From positions 1 through 64,000 of the forward strand of contig JBIQJB010000001.1 of NCBI GenBank assembly GCA_044507735.1: a DNA stretch of 64,000 nt, read 5' to 3'. Of the stretch, positions 10,635-20,962 are shown piece after piece; position 1 is the first letter of the stretch, and each line of letters opens with the position of its first letter. The position numbers were made by a program, and so were the translations under genes. The notes below the pieces were generated by a model. It ran no database searches and had not been told where the DNA came from. It was given only the letters and a program-made list of their open reading frames with translations. The stretch comes from Nitrosopumilales archaeon. GTDB taxonomy: Archaea > Thermoproteota > Nitrososphaeria > Nitrososphaerales > Nitrososphaeraceae.

Positions 10635-11834
10635 ATGAAAAATTCGTATTATGGGTTTTGCATCAGTACTCTGATTGCCCTGTTGCTTTTGGGCGCCACC
10701 ACTATTTTCGCAGGCAATGCCATAAGCAATGTTGCTATTTCAAAGGCATTTGCAGCTGATGATAATTGGTACGTAGGAGAAGGCGCCAAGCAGGATATGT
10801 ATGTTACATACAGAATCGAGGACCATGATACCAATAATGGTGCTCCTTATACGATGACTATCTACTTTGAAGAACAGGATGAAGATGGTGACTGGATCGC
10901 GCCTGCCTTCATAGTTGACAATGGAAATGTGATAAATGGAACGCTCGAGCTGAGCTCGCTTGACATGTCAGTCTTGGGCAGCGGGACACAGATTCCTGAC
11001 GATATGATTCCTTATGTCAGCGGCTACAAGGATTCGCTGCAATGGCTATCTGCATATGCACCAGCGCCAGGTCAGTCCCTGAGTAAAGCTTCGTGGGGCA
11101 AGATAGCAGCCATAGGCGGTTCGGAGATAAAGCCAAGTGGAACTGAGAAGATATCTGTAGAAGGTGGGACGTTTGATACGACGAAGATATCATACCACAA
11201 ATCTGTAGACAACACCATATGGGTGGCAGACGGATTCCCATTTCCAATAAAAGCAGAGACATACGCAGATGTGACTACGGGACAGCCTCCTCTGCAATAC
11301 GCATTCGAACTGGTAGCCACGGGGACTGGCAGGCCGCCAGAACCAACCAGTACCACGGAAATACCGCAACCTCCGCTTGAGCAGAGGACTGCTAGGGGAA
11401 CATATTACATAGACCTGAACTGGACTCCTGCCGAGATAAAGCCCGGCACCAATGTCACTTTCGCTGTCAGCTTTTCTGACGACAAGCACCAGCCAGTTCA
11501 AGATGTTGCATACAACTTCAAGGTGACAGATTCCAAAGGAAATGTCTTGGCAGATCTCAAGAACCAGCTTGCAAGGGGTGCAGTGGGGGAGCAGACAGTC
11601 AAATTCACCGAATCAAATGTAGGGTCCGTAAAGGTGGATGTCGATATAGTGGCAGTTGGTTCTAGGGATCCCGGAGCCTTCATAGAAGAAGCGACCTTCA
11701 ACGTTGTGGCGGTGCCAGAGTTTCCAGCAAACATTGCGATTCTTTTGACAGCCGGGCTTGTAGCCTTCATTCTCGTGACATCACGTCTACGCGGCACCAG
11801 AACAAATCTGCCACCCTCGCATTCCGGTTTCTGA
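10635..11834 (+). CDS. Secreted cell-surface protein with PEF-CTERM-like sorting signal
   Basis: Signal peptide; C-terminal VPEFP + TM helix + basic residues. Confidence 0.8.
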   Translation: MKNSYYGFCISTLIALLLLGATTIFAGNAISNVAISKAFAADDNWYVGEGAKQDMYVTYRIEDHDTNNGAPYTMTIYFEEQDEDGDWIAPAFIVDNGNVINGTLELSSLDMSVLGSGTQIPDDMIPYVSGYKDSLQWLSAYAPAPGQSLSKASWGKIAAIGGSEIKPSGTEKISVEGGTFDTTKISYHKSVDNTIWVADGFPFPIKAETYADVTTGQPPLQYAFELVATGTGRPPEPTSTTEIPQPPLEQRTARGTYYIDLNWTPAEIKPGTNVTFAVSFSDDKHQPVQDVAYNFKVTDSKGNVLADLKNQLARGAVGEQTVKFTESNVGSVKVDVDIVAVGSRDPGAFIEEATFNVVAVPEFPANIAILLTAGLVAFILVTSRLRGTRTNLPPSHSGF

Positions 11835-12187
11835 CCTCTCTCGCCGAGCTGTCTGCAACAGATTCGTCAATGAAGGCGCTACTGTCACAAATTTTTGTCG
11901 GACGCGCCAAGTTGAGGTAAAGCATGATCCGGGGATAGCGTGACAGTAAGTTATCGGACAAGAAACTTGATCCACTCTAATGTCTAATCACCAACTTCGG
12001 AACGAAGCTATCGACATTATGACACTCAACCCGTAAATAACCAATTTTCGATTTGGCGGGTATACATGGTTGAAAATACTGCATATCAACAAGTTGAACA
12101 ACTCTGCAATTGCAATTGTCAAATTCTCCGGAAGAATCATGATTGTGAGGTGTTCTTCCTCTGACTAGCAACGTAACAAGAGCTTCT

Positions 12188-12910
12188 TTGGACCAGAATT
12201 CTGGGCAAAGGAATGCCAGCAAGGACGGATCGCGAAATATTGTACTCGTCCACGGCTTGTGGGCAGATGGATCCTCCTGGAACAAGGTAATTCCAATATT
12301 GGAGAAGGCAGGGCACAGGGTTATTGCTGTGCAACTGCCTTTGCATTCACTGGAAGAAGATGTAGCTACAGTAAAGCGTGCAGTTTCACTGATCGGCGAA
12401 CCAACAATACTTGTAGGGCACTCATTCGGTGGGTTCATAATTACGAATGCCGGCTATGAGAATGAAAACGTAACAGGGCTTGTATACGTTTCAGCCTTTG
12501 CTCCTGACGAGGGAGAAAGTACCGTAGACTTTGTCCCTGTCGCTTCCCTGCCACCGGGATTGTTGGTCTCCGATGGCGGAGGATTTACTTACTTGAACCC
12601 AAAGATGTTCCACGAAGCGTTTGTTCAAGATGTTGACCGGGACGAAGCTCAAATCTTGGCCGATGTCCAGAAGCCAGCTCATCAATCGCTCTTTGCTGAA
12701 CCGTCAGGCCCTCCTGCTTGGAAGCATTTATCCACATGGTTTGAGGTGTCCGAGGGCGACCGCATTATCCCTCCTGATGTCCAGCGCCAATTCGCAAAGC
12801 GAATGAACGCTACAACCATCTCGCTTAACTCAAGCCATGCTTCACCGGTCTCTCATCCAAACGAGATTGCTGAATTTATCTTGGAAGCTGCGAAAGAGAC
12901 TTCAAGGTGA
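12188..12910 (+). CDS. Alpha/beta hydrolase (Abhydrolase_6-like)
   Basis: VLVHGLW, GHSFGG nucleophile elbow, DRII, SSH. Confidence 0.9.
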   Translation: MDQNSGQRNASKDGSRNIVLVHGLWADGSSWNKVIPILEKAGHRVIAVQLPLHSLEEDVATVKRAVSLIGEPTILVGHSFGGFIITNAGYENENVTGLVYVSAFAPDEGESTVDFVPVASLPPGLLVSDGGGFTYLNPKMFHEAFVQDVDRDEAQILADVQKPAHQSLFAEPSGPPAWKHLSTWFEVSEGDRIIPPDVQRQFAKRMNATTISLNSSHASPVSHPNEIAEFILEAAKETSR

Positions 12911-12916
12911 TGATAT

Positions 12917-13900
12917 GTGACCCGGGAATCGCGTGCTTATCACACACTGGAGCTAAAGACCAAAGCCTTTCTGGAAGACCTCCAGAGTCAGAATGGCCCT
13001 CCAATCTACACTCTGTCACCAAAAGATGCCCGCACAGTTCTTTCCAACCTTCAGGCATCAGTTCCTGTTGAAATGCCTCCTGCCCATATCGAGGACCGTA
13101 CCATCCCAGGGTATTCAGATGATGGTCTATCGATCAGTATTGTCAGACCTCAAGAGAGCAGCGAGAAGACGCTCCCTGTTGTAGTATACATTCACGGCGG
13201 AGGATGGGTGCTAGGAGGCTTTGATACACATGAGAGGATTGTCAGAGAGATTGCAAACATGGCGAACGTGGCCATTCTTTTTGTCAACTACACCCCAGCT
13301 CCTGAGGCTCAGTATCCAGTCCAAATAGAACAGGCCTATGCAGCCATGAAATGGGTTGCGGAAAACGGTAGGTCCATTAACGTCGATCCGTCGCGTCTTG
13401 CTGTTGTTGGCGACAGCGTCGGTGGCAACATGGCTGCTTCAATTACCTTACTTGCAAAAGAGCGTGGCGGGCCCCGGATTGCTTTCCAAGAACTCTTTTA
13501 TCCGGTAACAGATGCTAATTTCGACACTACATCGTACAAGGAATTTCAAGATGGCTACTGGCTTACACGCGAGGCCATGAAATGGTTCTGGAACAACTAT
13601 GCACCAGACAACGCTACTAGGAAAAAGCCAACCGCATCGCCATTGCAGGCTTCAATCGATCAGCTAGAAGGACTTCCCCCGGCGCTTGTGATTGTGGATG
13701 AGCACGACGTGCTACGCGATGAGGGCGAGGCCTATGCCCACAAGCTGATGCAAGCAGGGGTTCACGTCACAGCAACTCGAATGCTTGGAACCATACACGA
13801 CTTTATGATGCTAAATCCAATATCTACCACCGCGCCAGTGCGCGGGGCTATAGATCAAGCTTCGGATATGCTGGCAAAGGTCTTGTCATCATCGCCATAG
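12917..13900 (+). CDS. HSL-family esterase/lipase
   Basis: HGGGW, GDSVGG, DVLRDEGEAY, HDF. Confidence 0.92.
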   Translation: MTRESRAYHTLELKTKAFLEDLQSQNGPPIYTLSPKDARTVLSNLQASVPVEMPPAHIEDRTIPGYSDDGLSISIVRPQESSEKTLPVVVYIHGGGWVLGGFDTHERIVREIANMANVAILFVNYTPAPEAQYPVQIEQAYAAMKWVAENGRSINVDPSRLAVVGDSVGGNMAASITLLAKERGGPRIAFQELFYPVTDANFDTTSYKEFQDGYWLTREAMKWFWNNYAPDNATRKKPTASPLQASIDQLEGLPPALVIVDEHDVLRDEGEAYAHKLMQAGVHVTATRMLGTIHDFMMLNPISTTAPVRGAIDQASDMLAKVLSSSP

Positions 13901-14108
13901 TCGTCGGCGTCAAGACCAAAATCCTCACAGCTTATTGAGGAAGCCTTGGTTGTGCGTTCGGATACGACCGGTCTCGCTACATCACTTTCTTCTTTCTTGC
14001 AGGTTCATCTTAGAAGTCACAAACAACCAGCTCCGAGTTCTAAATCGGCGATTTTCTTAGCAAGGTCACTCTCCTGACTCCCTGAAACCCCTTGCTGGTT
14101 ACAGCTCC

Positions 14109-14142
14109 ACACAGCCTCTATTGTTATCAATAACGGCTGTGT
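14109..14142. terminator. Stem-loop between convergent genes
   Basis: ACACAGCC/GGCTGTGT stem with inner GTTAT/ATAAC. Confidence 0.35.
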
Positions 14143-14203
14143 CGCTTGCTATCGAAAAAGCATAGCGCCCTATTCTAGGCTATTTGGATCAGGCATCTTG
14201 GCG

Positions 14204-15553
14204 TCAAGAAGCCACCGAGTCAGAAATCGAGGATTTTTGACCAGAGACTCCGTAGTCTGAGGCAAGCTCGTTCTGTATTTCCTGAGCAGCACGTCTTGCG
14301 CTTGCGAGTGACGCGTTTGACAACAATCCTTCCGAACCGACCCAGTCTCCCACTATGTACAATCCGTCATCGATTCTTGGGGCGGGTCGCCCTGACAGTC
14401 CGCCGCTTGATGCAACAGGCAAGGCGTTTGTAACCGCCATACTGGGCAGAGGTCTTTTCTTTACAACTACTTCCCTCCAGCCGGGCTGCAGCAAATCAAG
14501 CAGTTCTTCCAGCTCCTTTCCGTCCTCTCTTGGATTTGGTTTGATCGATGTACCCAGGTATTTCGCCACATGGATAAGTGCTCCATTCGGGGGAGCGAGT
14601 TCTGCGCTTGCTGAATGCACTGAAAAGTATAGTGGAGAATCGATGCCAAGGGCAAACATCATGTCCTTTTGTGGGAGGCTACTAAGTGCTACGTCCAAGC
14701 ACACCATGCGTACGGGCTTGGACTCGTTAACTGCCTTTGACAACGCTTCAGGCTTTTCGCCCTCTCTAAACAGCGCTTCTGCCTCATGAGGGCCACCTAC
14801 TGCAATTACAAGAACCTTTGCCGATATCTGGCTATTGTCAGATAAAGCAACTAGCCAGCCAGACCCGCTCTTTTGCACCTTGGACGCCTTCTTTCCCACA
14901 TCAATTCTTGCGCCGGCGTTCTTTGCAGCTTCGACAAGTCCTGCCACTAGGGTCTGCCATCCTCTATCTAGATACATGACCCCGCCTTGATTGTAAACGT
15001 GGAACTGGTGCAAGGCAGAACCTGCGCTCTGGATGTCGGGATCATTGGCGTATGTTGTCAGGCGGATTAGTGCCTTCATCAATTCGATTGAGTCAGAATC
15101 ATGAAAATTCTTATCAATCCATTCCTGCACGCTGACGCGCTCCAGTTCTGCGAAATCAGACTTGTTTAGTAGACCGGTGAGCTGAGCAAAGACCTTCCCC
15201 GGACCAGATTCGCTCGCTTGAGTCGTAGAGTCCGAGCTGCCATTCACCAACAGCCGATGGTTCTTGACATCTCTTATCTCAAAGCTTGTAGCTGAGGGTA
15301 TTCCGCCGGTATATGAGATCCCTAACTCTTGCAAGAGTCTAGCCCCTGCATCAGCGAGGAATAATGCATGTGGTCCTTGATTGAAAAAATATCCATCATG
15401 AACTAGAGTTCTTGCACGACCCCCTATTTCATTTGACGATTGTTCATACAACGCTACAGATTTTCCGGAGCGAGCAACTAATGCTGCAGTAGCCAGACCC
15501 GCAAGCCCTCCGCCAATAACTACCATATCGACACTGTCAATCGTCTTTTCCAT
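14204..15553 (-). CDS. FAD-dependent oxidoreductase (phytoene desaturase/amine oxidase-like)
   Basis: VIGGGLAG, GGRART, LYIVGDW; start placed at ATG 15553 (track ORF begins 15607). Confidence 0.85.
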   Translation of the reverse strand: MEKTIDSVDMVVIGGGLAGLATAALVARSGKSVALYEQSSNEIGGRARTLVHDGYFFNQGPHALFLADAGARLLQELGISYTGGIPSATSFEIRDVKNHRLLVNGSSDSTTQASESGPGKVFAQLTGLLNKSDFAELERVSVQEWIDKNFHDSDSIELMKALIRLTTYANDPDIQSAGSALHQFHVYNQGGVMYLDRGWQTLVAGLVEAAKNAGARIDVGKKASKVQKSGSGWLVALSDNSQISAKVLVIAVGGPHEAEALFREGEKPEALSKAVNESKPVRMVCLDVALSSLPQKDMMFALGIDSPLYFSVHSASAELAPPNGALIHVAKYLGTSIKPNPREDGKELEELLDLLQPGWREVVVKKRPLPSMAVTNALPVASSGGLSGRPAPRIDDGLYIVGDWVGSEGLLSNASLASARRAAQEIQNELASDYGVSGQKSSISDSVAS

Positions 15554-15963
15554 AAACTCCCATGCCTCGTAGACATTGGTTTTAAGGATTGAATCCCAAT
15601 AATTCACTATTAGGACTTCTCTAATTCTAGCCAGCCAGCATTGGTCTTTGAAGGGGCTTTCTTGTGTTATTTGTAGAGCTTGGTACCCCTCTTCTACTAC
15701 ATCATGGGCATCAGCAATCAGGTACTGTCAAACCTCTGTCAGATGAATTATCCCGAGATAAGGGTCAATCGGACGATAACTTGACATGGGATCTGTCGCC
15801 GCTGCATATGACGACCCGGCGATCCACAAGAGAACGCACGGATTCTTGTAGGTTGACCGAACGATGTTTTGCATCCTCATTTGCACTAATTGTAATTGCT
15901 CAGATTAGTACATTCGTCGAATGCACCAGTCCTCTTTAATTGTTTTTTGTCATTTACTAAATA

Positions 15964-16623
15964 ATGCGAAACAATTTTGCAAGACTAAAATTACTTGCTA
16001 TCGTCGCAGGCATTAGCGCCATAGTTGGAGTGGTGGCTTACAACAACTCTGTGTTTGCAAGCCACAGCTTTGAACTGGGCGTTACCGGCGAAATGGTGCC
16101 AGATAACACGCTCATACGACTCGACGGTCTGACGCTGCCACCTACCGCTGCAATGCCTCTGTATGACGCAAGCCCTAACTTTGTTTCCGGCCACTTTTTG
16201 ATGAGAGCCCCATGTGACCCCGATACCAAAGTCCCCGAAGTAACCGTCATTGCAGGACACATTGATGAAAGTGCAAGCAGTACCCGCGTAGACAAGGTTC
16301 CGCTGTATTACATAGAACATGCATCTACTGCCGGCAGCTGCGTGTACCATGCACACATTCCAGACCCGCTCAACGGAGGTGCTCCACGGGTAACTGATAT
16401 AGCCTTGATCAACCTCTCAGGTCGGGATATTACCTTCAACCCTGGAGATATTGTAGATATTAACATCCAGAGAACCTTGGGCAAGATTTCAGACATGCCC
16501 TATGAAGGAGACGAAGTACAGCTGCCTGCAGAACTGACACATGGAAACCCAGTATTCGATCTCAACGATGACAACCCAGACAATGACGGCGTAGGATTCC
16601 ACCATGAGGAGGCTGAAGAATAA
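15964..16623 (+). CDS. Secreted His-containing hypothetical protein
   Basis: Signal peptide ending VFA; AGH, YHAH, FHHEE. Confidence 0.75.
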   Translation: MRNNFARLKLLAIVAGISAIVGVVAYNNSVFASHSFELGVTGEMVPDNTLIRLDGLTLPPTAAMPLYDASPNFVSGHFLMRAPCDPDTKVPEVTVIAGHIDESASSTRVDKVPLYYIEHASTAGSCVYHAHIPDPLNGGAPRVTDIALINLSGRDITFNPGDIVDINIQRTLGKISDMPYEGDEVQLPAELTHGNPVFDLNDDNPDNDGVGFHHEEAEE

Positions 16624-17420
16624 TGACAGGACGAAATAGAAGATCCTCTGCATTCATCATCGCTGCAGCGATAGTGGCGACAGGGTTGTTGGCACCTTCT
16701 ATCGTCGGCACTGCATTTGCACACCCGCACCTCGTCCTGACCCCTGACAAGTCCGACCATGATCAGATGAATGCCAATCCCGTAGTTCTGACATTGGGGC
16801 ACAGCAACGAACCTTCGTTTGGGGCAAAACCCGGAATACATGATGGAAGGCATGATTTTGAGCTCAGCATAGAAGATGCTGCGACTACGCTTCCACTGGC
16901 TGGCGCAAATCTTACTCTGGATAGATACTATTTCGAGGACATCGACGCTTTTAATAGCGCGTCTTCGCCACAAAATGCTACTGAAGTTGAGACCGGAATA
17001 CAGCTGCGCGGGGTATTTGGAGAGCCAGGCGTATATTCAGTTAGGCAGATAGTGAAGGAAGGCATTTACGGGTACAGAGTCTACGGCACAATCGACTACT
17101 TTGGAGTAGCTCAGATTTCAATAGACAGCACTGTGTTCTGCACAACTCCATCCGGAAACACATCGAAGTTCAACAGCCCTGGATGGGTGGGCAGCTTCGG
17201 CTGTGTTGACGACATAGACAGCCTGCTGTTCCCAGAGAATAACAGCGAGGTTCGCCTAACAGTAGCAGACAGTGACGGCGAGCAGACCGCGCAGGTAGGT
17301 ACAGTATCCGACTCTACGAGCTACATGCTCGCAGCCGGCATACCCGCAACCGCAGTTGCTGTCCTATTTGGCGTAAGGACGCTCAGATCCCGCAACTCAA
17401 TGAAGGATGGCCCAATCTAG
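16623..17420 (+). CDS. Secreted, C-terminally anchored hypothetical protein
   Basis: Signal peptide AFA-HPH, C-terminal TM; start overlaps the previous stop. Confidence 0.75.
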   Translation: MTGRNRRSSAFIIAAAIVATGLLAPSIVGTAFAHPHLVLTPDKSDHDQMNANPVVLTLGHSNEPSFGAKPGIHDGRHDFELSIEDAATTLPLAGANLTLDRYYFEDIDAFNSASSPQNATEVETGIQLRGVFGEPGVYSVRQIVKEGIYGYRVYGTIDYFGVAQISIDSTVFCTTPSGNTSKFNSPGWVGSFGCVDDIDSLLFPENNSEVRLTVADSDGEQTAQVGTVSDSTSYMLAAGIPATAVAVLFGVRTLRSRNSMKDGPI

Positions 17421-17492
17421 CGGGCACTTGCATCCTTTTTTTCTTCTCTTATCTTGGTGGATTGCTAATATTTCGTTCCGAGAACCAACATC

Positions 17493-17951
17493 CTACTCGC
17501 CAGCAGCAGCCCCTTCAACAACATTAAATCCCAAGTCAACGCTTTCCACCTTCCTGCCTGCGCTGTCAGTAACGATCAAATCAAAAGTATGTCTACCCGG
17601 AGTATCAAAACTACGGGTCACATTTTGGCCAGTCAAGGTGACGCCGTCGTCGAACTTTATCTCAAACGTATACGGCGGCGTTCCGCCCCTGGCGCTGGAT
17701 TCAAAATAGCCTTCCTCGCCGACGACCAATGATGTCTTGTACTTCACTATAGGCCTCAGATTTTGGTTAAAATTCTGCAGGAAGTTCGGGTCGTCAAAGG
17801 GGTCTTGCCCTCTGCTCTCACCTATTCCTCGCTGGAAGAGGAATCCTTCAGTTTGATAGTCCACCACAAATAGCGTTACACCTATTGCAATTGCTATCCC
17901 TACCGCGCCAAAGACGATTGCAAGTTTTGTGCTCCTTGGAAGCGAGGTCAT
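17493..17951 (-). CDS. Membrane-anchored PKD-domain protein
   Basis: N-terminal TM; GGTPPYTF..FDDG..TPGRHTFDLIVTDSAG. Confidence 0.8.
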   Translation of the reverse strand: MTSLPRSTKLAIVFGAVGIAIAIGVTLFVVDYQTEGFLFQRGIGESRGQDPFDDPNFLQNFNQNLRPIVKYKTSLVVGEEGYFESSARGGTPPYTFEIKFDDGVTLTGQNVTRSFDTPGRHTFDLIVTDSAGRKVESVDLGFNVVEGAAAGE

Positions 17952-18213
17952 GGCATATGGCGGTCATGTATTTACCATTTCTGATATACAAAGCTATATC
18001 GCAAGCTGCGGATTTGACCGCAGGGGAAAAAGCCCGTTCCATATCGAATTTGAAGACTCTATTGTGCACAGACTACTGTGTGCCCGCCCATGCCACCCAC
18101 ATTTAATTACCAGAATAGTCGTTGAATGCCCGTGCATAGTCAACGTGATTTCGGTTTCTACCATCAGCCCCGCTTTTAAGCAAGGTTATCTTATCCAAAG
18201 GTGTATAAACCAT

Positions 18214-18600
18214 TCAAATTTTGGCTTTTACCTTGCGTGCTTTTTCGATAAAGGCCTGCTGGTAGTTTGCATATGCCTGCCGATCCTCTAGGCACTGGTT
18301 GCATATGCATGCCTGTGACACTGTCTGCCTGTCACAGTCTGCTTCAAAACCACACTCGGCGCAACCAGCTGACCTGCCGCAGATAAAGCATTCAAGCTCT
18401 GGAACTTGTTGTTGTTGTGGCGGTTTTTCTCCTTTTTTCTCTCCCTCTTTCTTCCCCTCCTCTTGCGCTGCTTCGCACTTTTCGTGCTTGATCGCCTTGC
18501 TGCTCTTTGACCACAGCGCGTATTCTCCCGGCTGTATCTCCTTGCCGCACCCGACACATTTCCCCTTGAACTTTACCATCAGCCTTATCCAATCACTCAT
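18214..18600 (-). CDS. Double zinc-finger hypothetical protein
   Basis: CxxC...HxxC and a second Cys cluster; overlaps the RFC stop. Confidence 0.8.
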   Translation of the reverse strand: MSDWIRLMVKFKGKCVGCGKEIQPGEYALWSKSSKAIKHEKCEAAQEEGKKEGEKKGEKPPQQQQVPELECFICGRSAGCAECGFEADCDRQTVSQACICNQCLEDRQAYANYQQAFIEKARKVKAKI

Positions 18601-19835
18601 TTCCTTTTCGCCTTCTCGATCTCCTTTGCTATCGACTCCCCAACTGATTCATCGCCAAAGTTGTCCACTGAAAATTCAATCGGGTCAATTTTTTCCTCGA
18701 TCAACAGCCTTATGAAATATGGCAATGCAAATGATCCTGCAGAGCTCTTCGAAGTGTGAAGCGCAGGAGCAAGCTCTGCCAGAATCTTTCTTGTCGATTG
18801 CGATCGGGCAAATATTGGACCCATGACTGGCCAAGGCATGGCGTATTGTGTATACTTGATGGCCTTTTTCCGCGACCTTTCATAAAGCCCTGCTGCAATT
18901 ATACTGTTCACATATTTCAGCAGGCGCCATTCTCTCCTTGCGTTTGCCCTGCCCACCATCATGTCGGCCTTTGAAAGCACATCGAGCATGTGCGCGAGAT
19001 CTTCCTGTCCTATTTTCGAAGAAACGATGCTTGAGAACAATGCGGCGATCATGTCCTTGCGCCGGTCTTCCGGTGATGCACCATACCTCGGATCAGGGTA
19101 CGACGCGTCCGCGTTCGCAATAAATTGCGTCGCCTGTTCTACTGTCTCCGCATTAAAGTAGCCATTGACTGCATCGGCGATGTCAATGTCCACGATGTCT
19201 TTGTTTGATACTGTGGCATAGCCTGAAACCCGGGACTGCGCACTGTTGAGCATAGAGCGGATATCTCCTCGGCTGTTATTGACTATTGAAATCTTGTCCC
19301 CCGGACCGAGTTTCACATTTTCACTCTGAAGCACATGGTCAAGAAACAGCATCAAAAGGCGCGGTGGGACTGGCGAAAACTCTTGTGTCTTGCATACCTT
19401 TGCAAGGTCCTTTATCTTGGTAGACTTGGCATTTGCTGCCATTATTACCGGTACGGTGGGCTCCTTCATGAGGTCGATCAGCACATCCAATCCTCCCGAG
19501 TCTTCCCTGCCTGAGATGCCATCCACCTCATCAAGGAAGAGCATTATTTTTCTCCCGAGGAGGTTTGCAGTGTTTTGAAAGACGGGCGTTATCCTGGCCA
19601 GCAAGGTTTCCTTGTTGCGAGCGTCGCTTGCGTTCATTTCCACCAAGTCAAAGTCAAAATGCCTCGCAAGGGTATGGGCAAGCGTGGTCTTGCCGGTTCC
19701 CGGTGGGCCGACTAGCAAAAGTGGTTTGCTTCCGCTCACCCAGCCAGTCAGCCACTTGAGGGCTGCAAGTCTGGCGCTTTCGTTGCCCACCATTTCCTGC
19801 ACGGTCTTTGGCCTGTACTTCTCAGACCACATCAT
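18597..19835 (-). CDS. rfcL: Replication factor C large subunit
   Basis: WSEKYRP, GPPGTGKT, EMNASDAR, DEVDG, GDIRS. Confidence 0.92.
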   Translation of the reverse strand: MMWSEKYRPKTVQEMVGNESARLAALKWLTGWVSGSKPLLLVGPPGTGKTTLAHTLARHFDFDLVEMNASDARNKETLLARITPVFQNTANLLGRKIMLFLDEVDGISGREDSGGLDVLIDLMKEPTVPVIMAANAKSTKIKDLAKVCKTQEFSPVPPRLLMLFLDHVLQSENVKLGPGDKISIVNNSRGDIRSMLNSAQSRVSGYATVSNKDIVDIDIADAVNGYFNAETVEQATQFIANADASYPDPRYGASPEDRRKDMIAALFSSIVSSKIGQEDLAHMLDVLSKADMMVGRANARREWRLLKYVNSIIAAGLYERSRKKAIKYTQYAMPWPVMGPIFARSQSTRKILAELAPALHTSKSSAGSFALPYFIRLLIEEKIDPIEFSVDNFGDESVGESIAKEIEKAKRK

Positions 19836-20962
19836 TTGGCAACAGCTTCTTGCATCTTCCGTTGGAACTCTGAAAACGGCGCCCGCTTGAGAAGATCGTT
19901 GTACCAGTATTGATTGTAGTGCCTTACCGTCAGAAACAGAAACTCGAGGAATGGTCTTAAATGAAAGCTGTCTGGGAGCATGTCTAGCGCAATCTTGGCC
20001 TCGTCCAAGTACAGCTCGCTCTTGGCCATCGTGAGCTCAAAGCCACGCCTGACATCTTCTGTATTGAGGGCATAGTAGAGAGGCCATGACGGCACCTTGA
20101 TTGCATTGTTCTTGATCGCATCCTCAATCTCGTTGCCACAGCCTACGCACTCGCCTGCCTTGGCCATGCCAAGGTGAAAAATGTCAGATAGTGGTCTGCG
20201 ATTGAGTGCCATGTTCCTGCCTGCAGTGCCCATCACTGCCCGGTATTTCTTGTAGCACTCGGTCATATTCTCGTCATTTATTGATGCTGGGTTCATCTTC
20301 AGCTTGACATCGATGTACTGACCGATGCGCGCGTCTTTGAAGCCATCTTCAAAAGCCTTCAGGACCGTGTCGCCTCCCTGAGCGATCTTGCTTCGCGCTA
20401 TTCCGAGGATATATGGGTTCATGAACCGGTAATCGTCCAGATATTCCAAATCCTCGTCCTTGTCTACGATCCTATCCATCGGCTCTGATAGGTCAATTGC
20501 AATAATGTGTCCATCGATTACCGCATTTCTCTTTTCTTCCGAAGGTTCGTCGCCGAAATATTCTGAAGCGCCGTCATACAGCGCGTTGAAAACGGGAAAA
20601 GTCATCTTGACAAAATTGGAATTCAGTATGCGCTTGACTCTGTCAGCCAGGATATCCAGGTCTGACAGCCTGGTCTTGATGTCAGCCACGCTTGAATCGG
20701 GTAGGGTTAGCTCTTGAGAACCAACATCCTCTGCAAACTTGCGGATGGTGCCCGCAGGGTTTTCATCTGCGGATATTGCCTTATGCAGTGACATGACAAA
20801 CCTCTGGGCAAATCCAGAAAATTCCTGCTCGGTTTTTTCTTTGTACTGGTTGAATTGTTTGTAACCCTTGCTCCTTAGCAGTCCCTGTTTCATTATGTCC
20901 TTTCCGGCCTGCGTGCTCCGGAGCGCCTCCATTGAAAAGATTGATTCGTCTTTGCTACTCAT
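19832..20962 (-). CDS. Hypothetical protein, possible divergent isoprenoid-synthase fold
   Basis: 376 aa helical ORF; DRIVDKDED, GQYID and GECVGCGNEIEDA resemble prenyltransferase motifs. Confidence 0.7.
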   Translation of the reverse strand: MSSKDESIFSMEALRSTQAGKDIMKQGLLRSKGYKQFNQYKEKTEQEFSGFAQRFVMSLHKAISADENPAGTIRKFAEDVGSQELTLPDSSVADIKTRLSDLDILADRVKRILNSNFVKMTFPVFNALYDGASEYFGDEPSEEKRNAVIDGHIIAIDLSEPMDRIVDKDEDLEYLDDYRFMNPYILGIARSKIAQGGDTVLKAFEDGFKDARIGQYIDVKLKMNPASINDENMTECYKKYRAVMGTAGRNMALNRRPLSDIFHLGMAKAGECVGCGNEIEDAIKNNAIKVPSWPLYYALNTEDVRRGFELTMAKSELYLDEAKIALDMLPDSFHLRPFLEFLFLTVRHYNQYWYNDLLKRAPFSEFQRKMQEAVAK

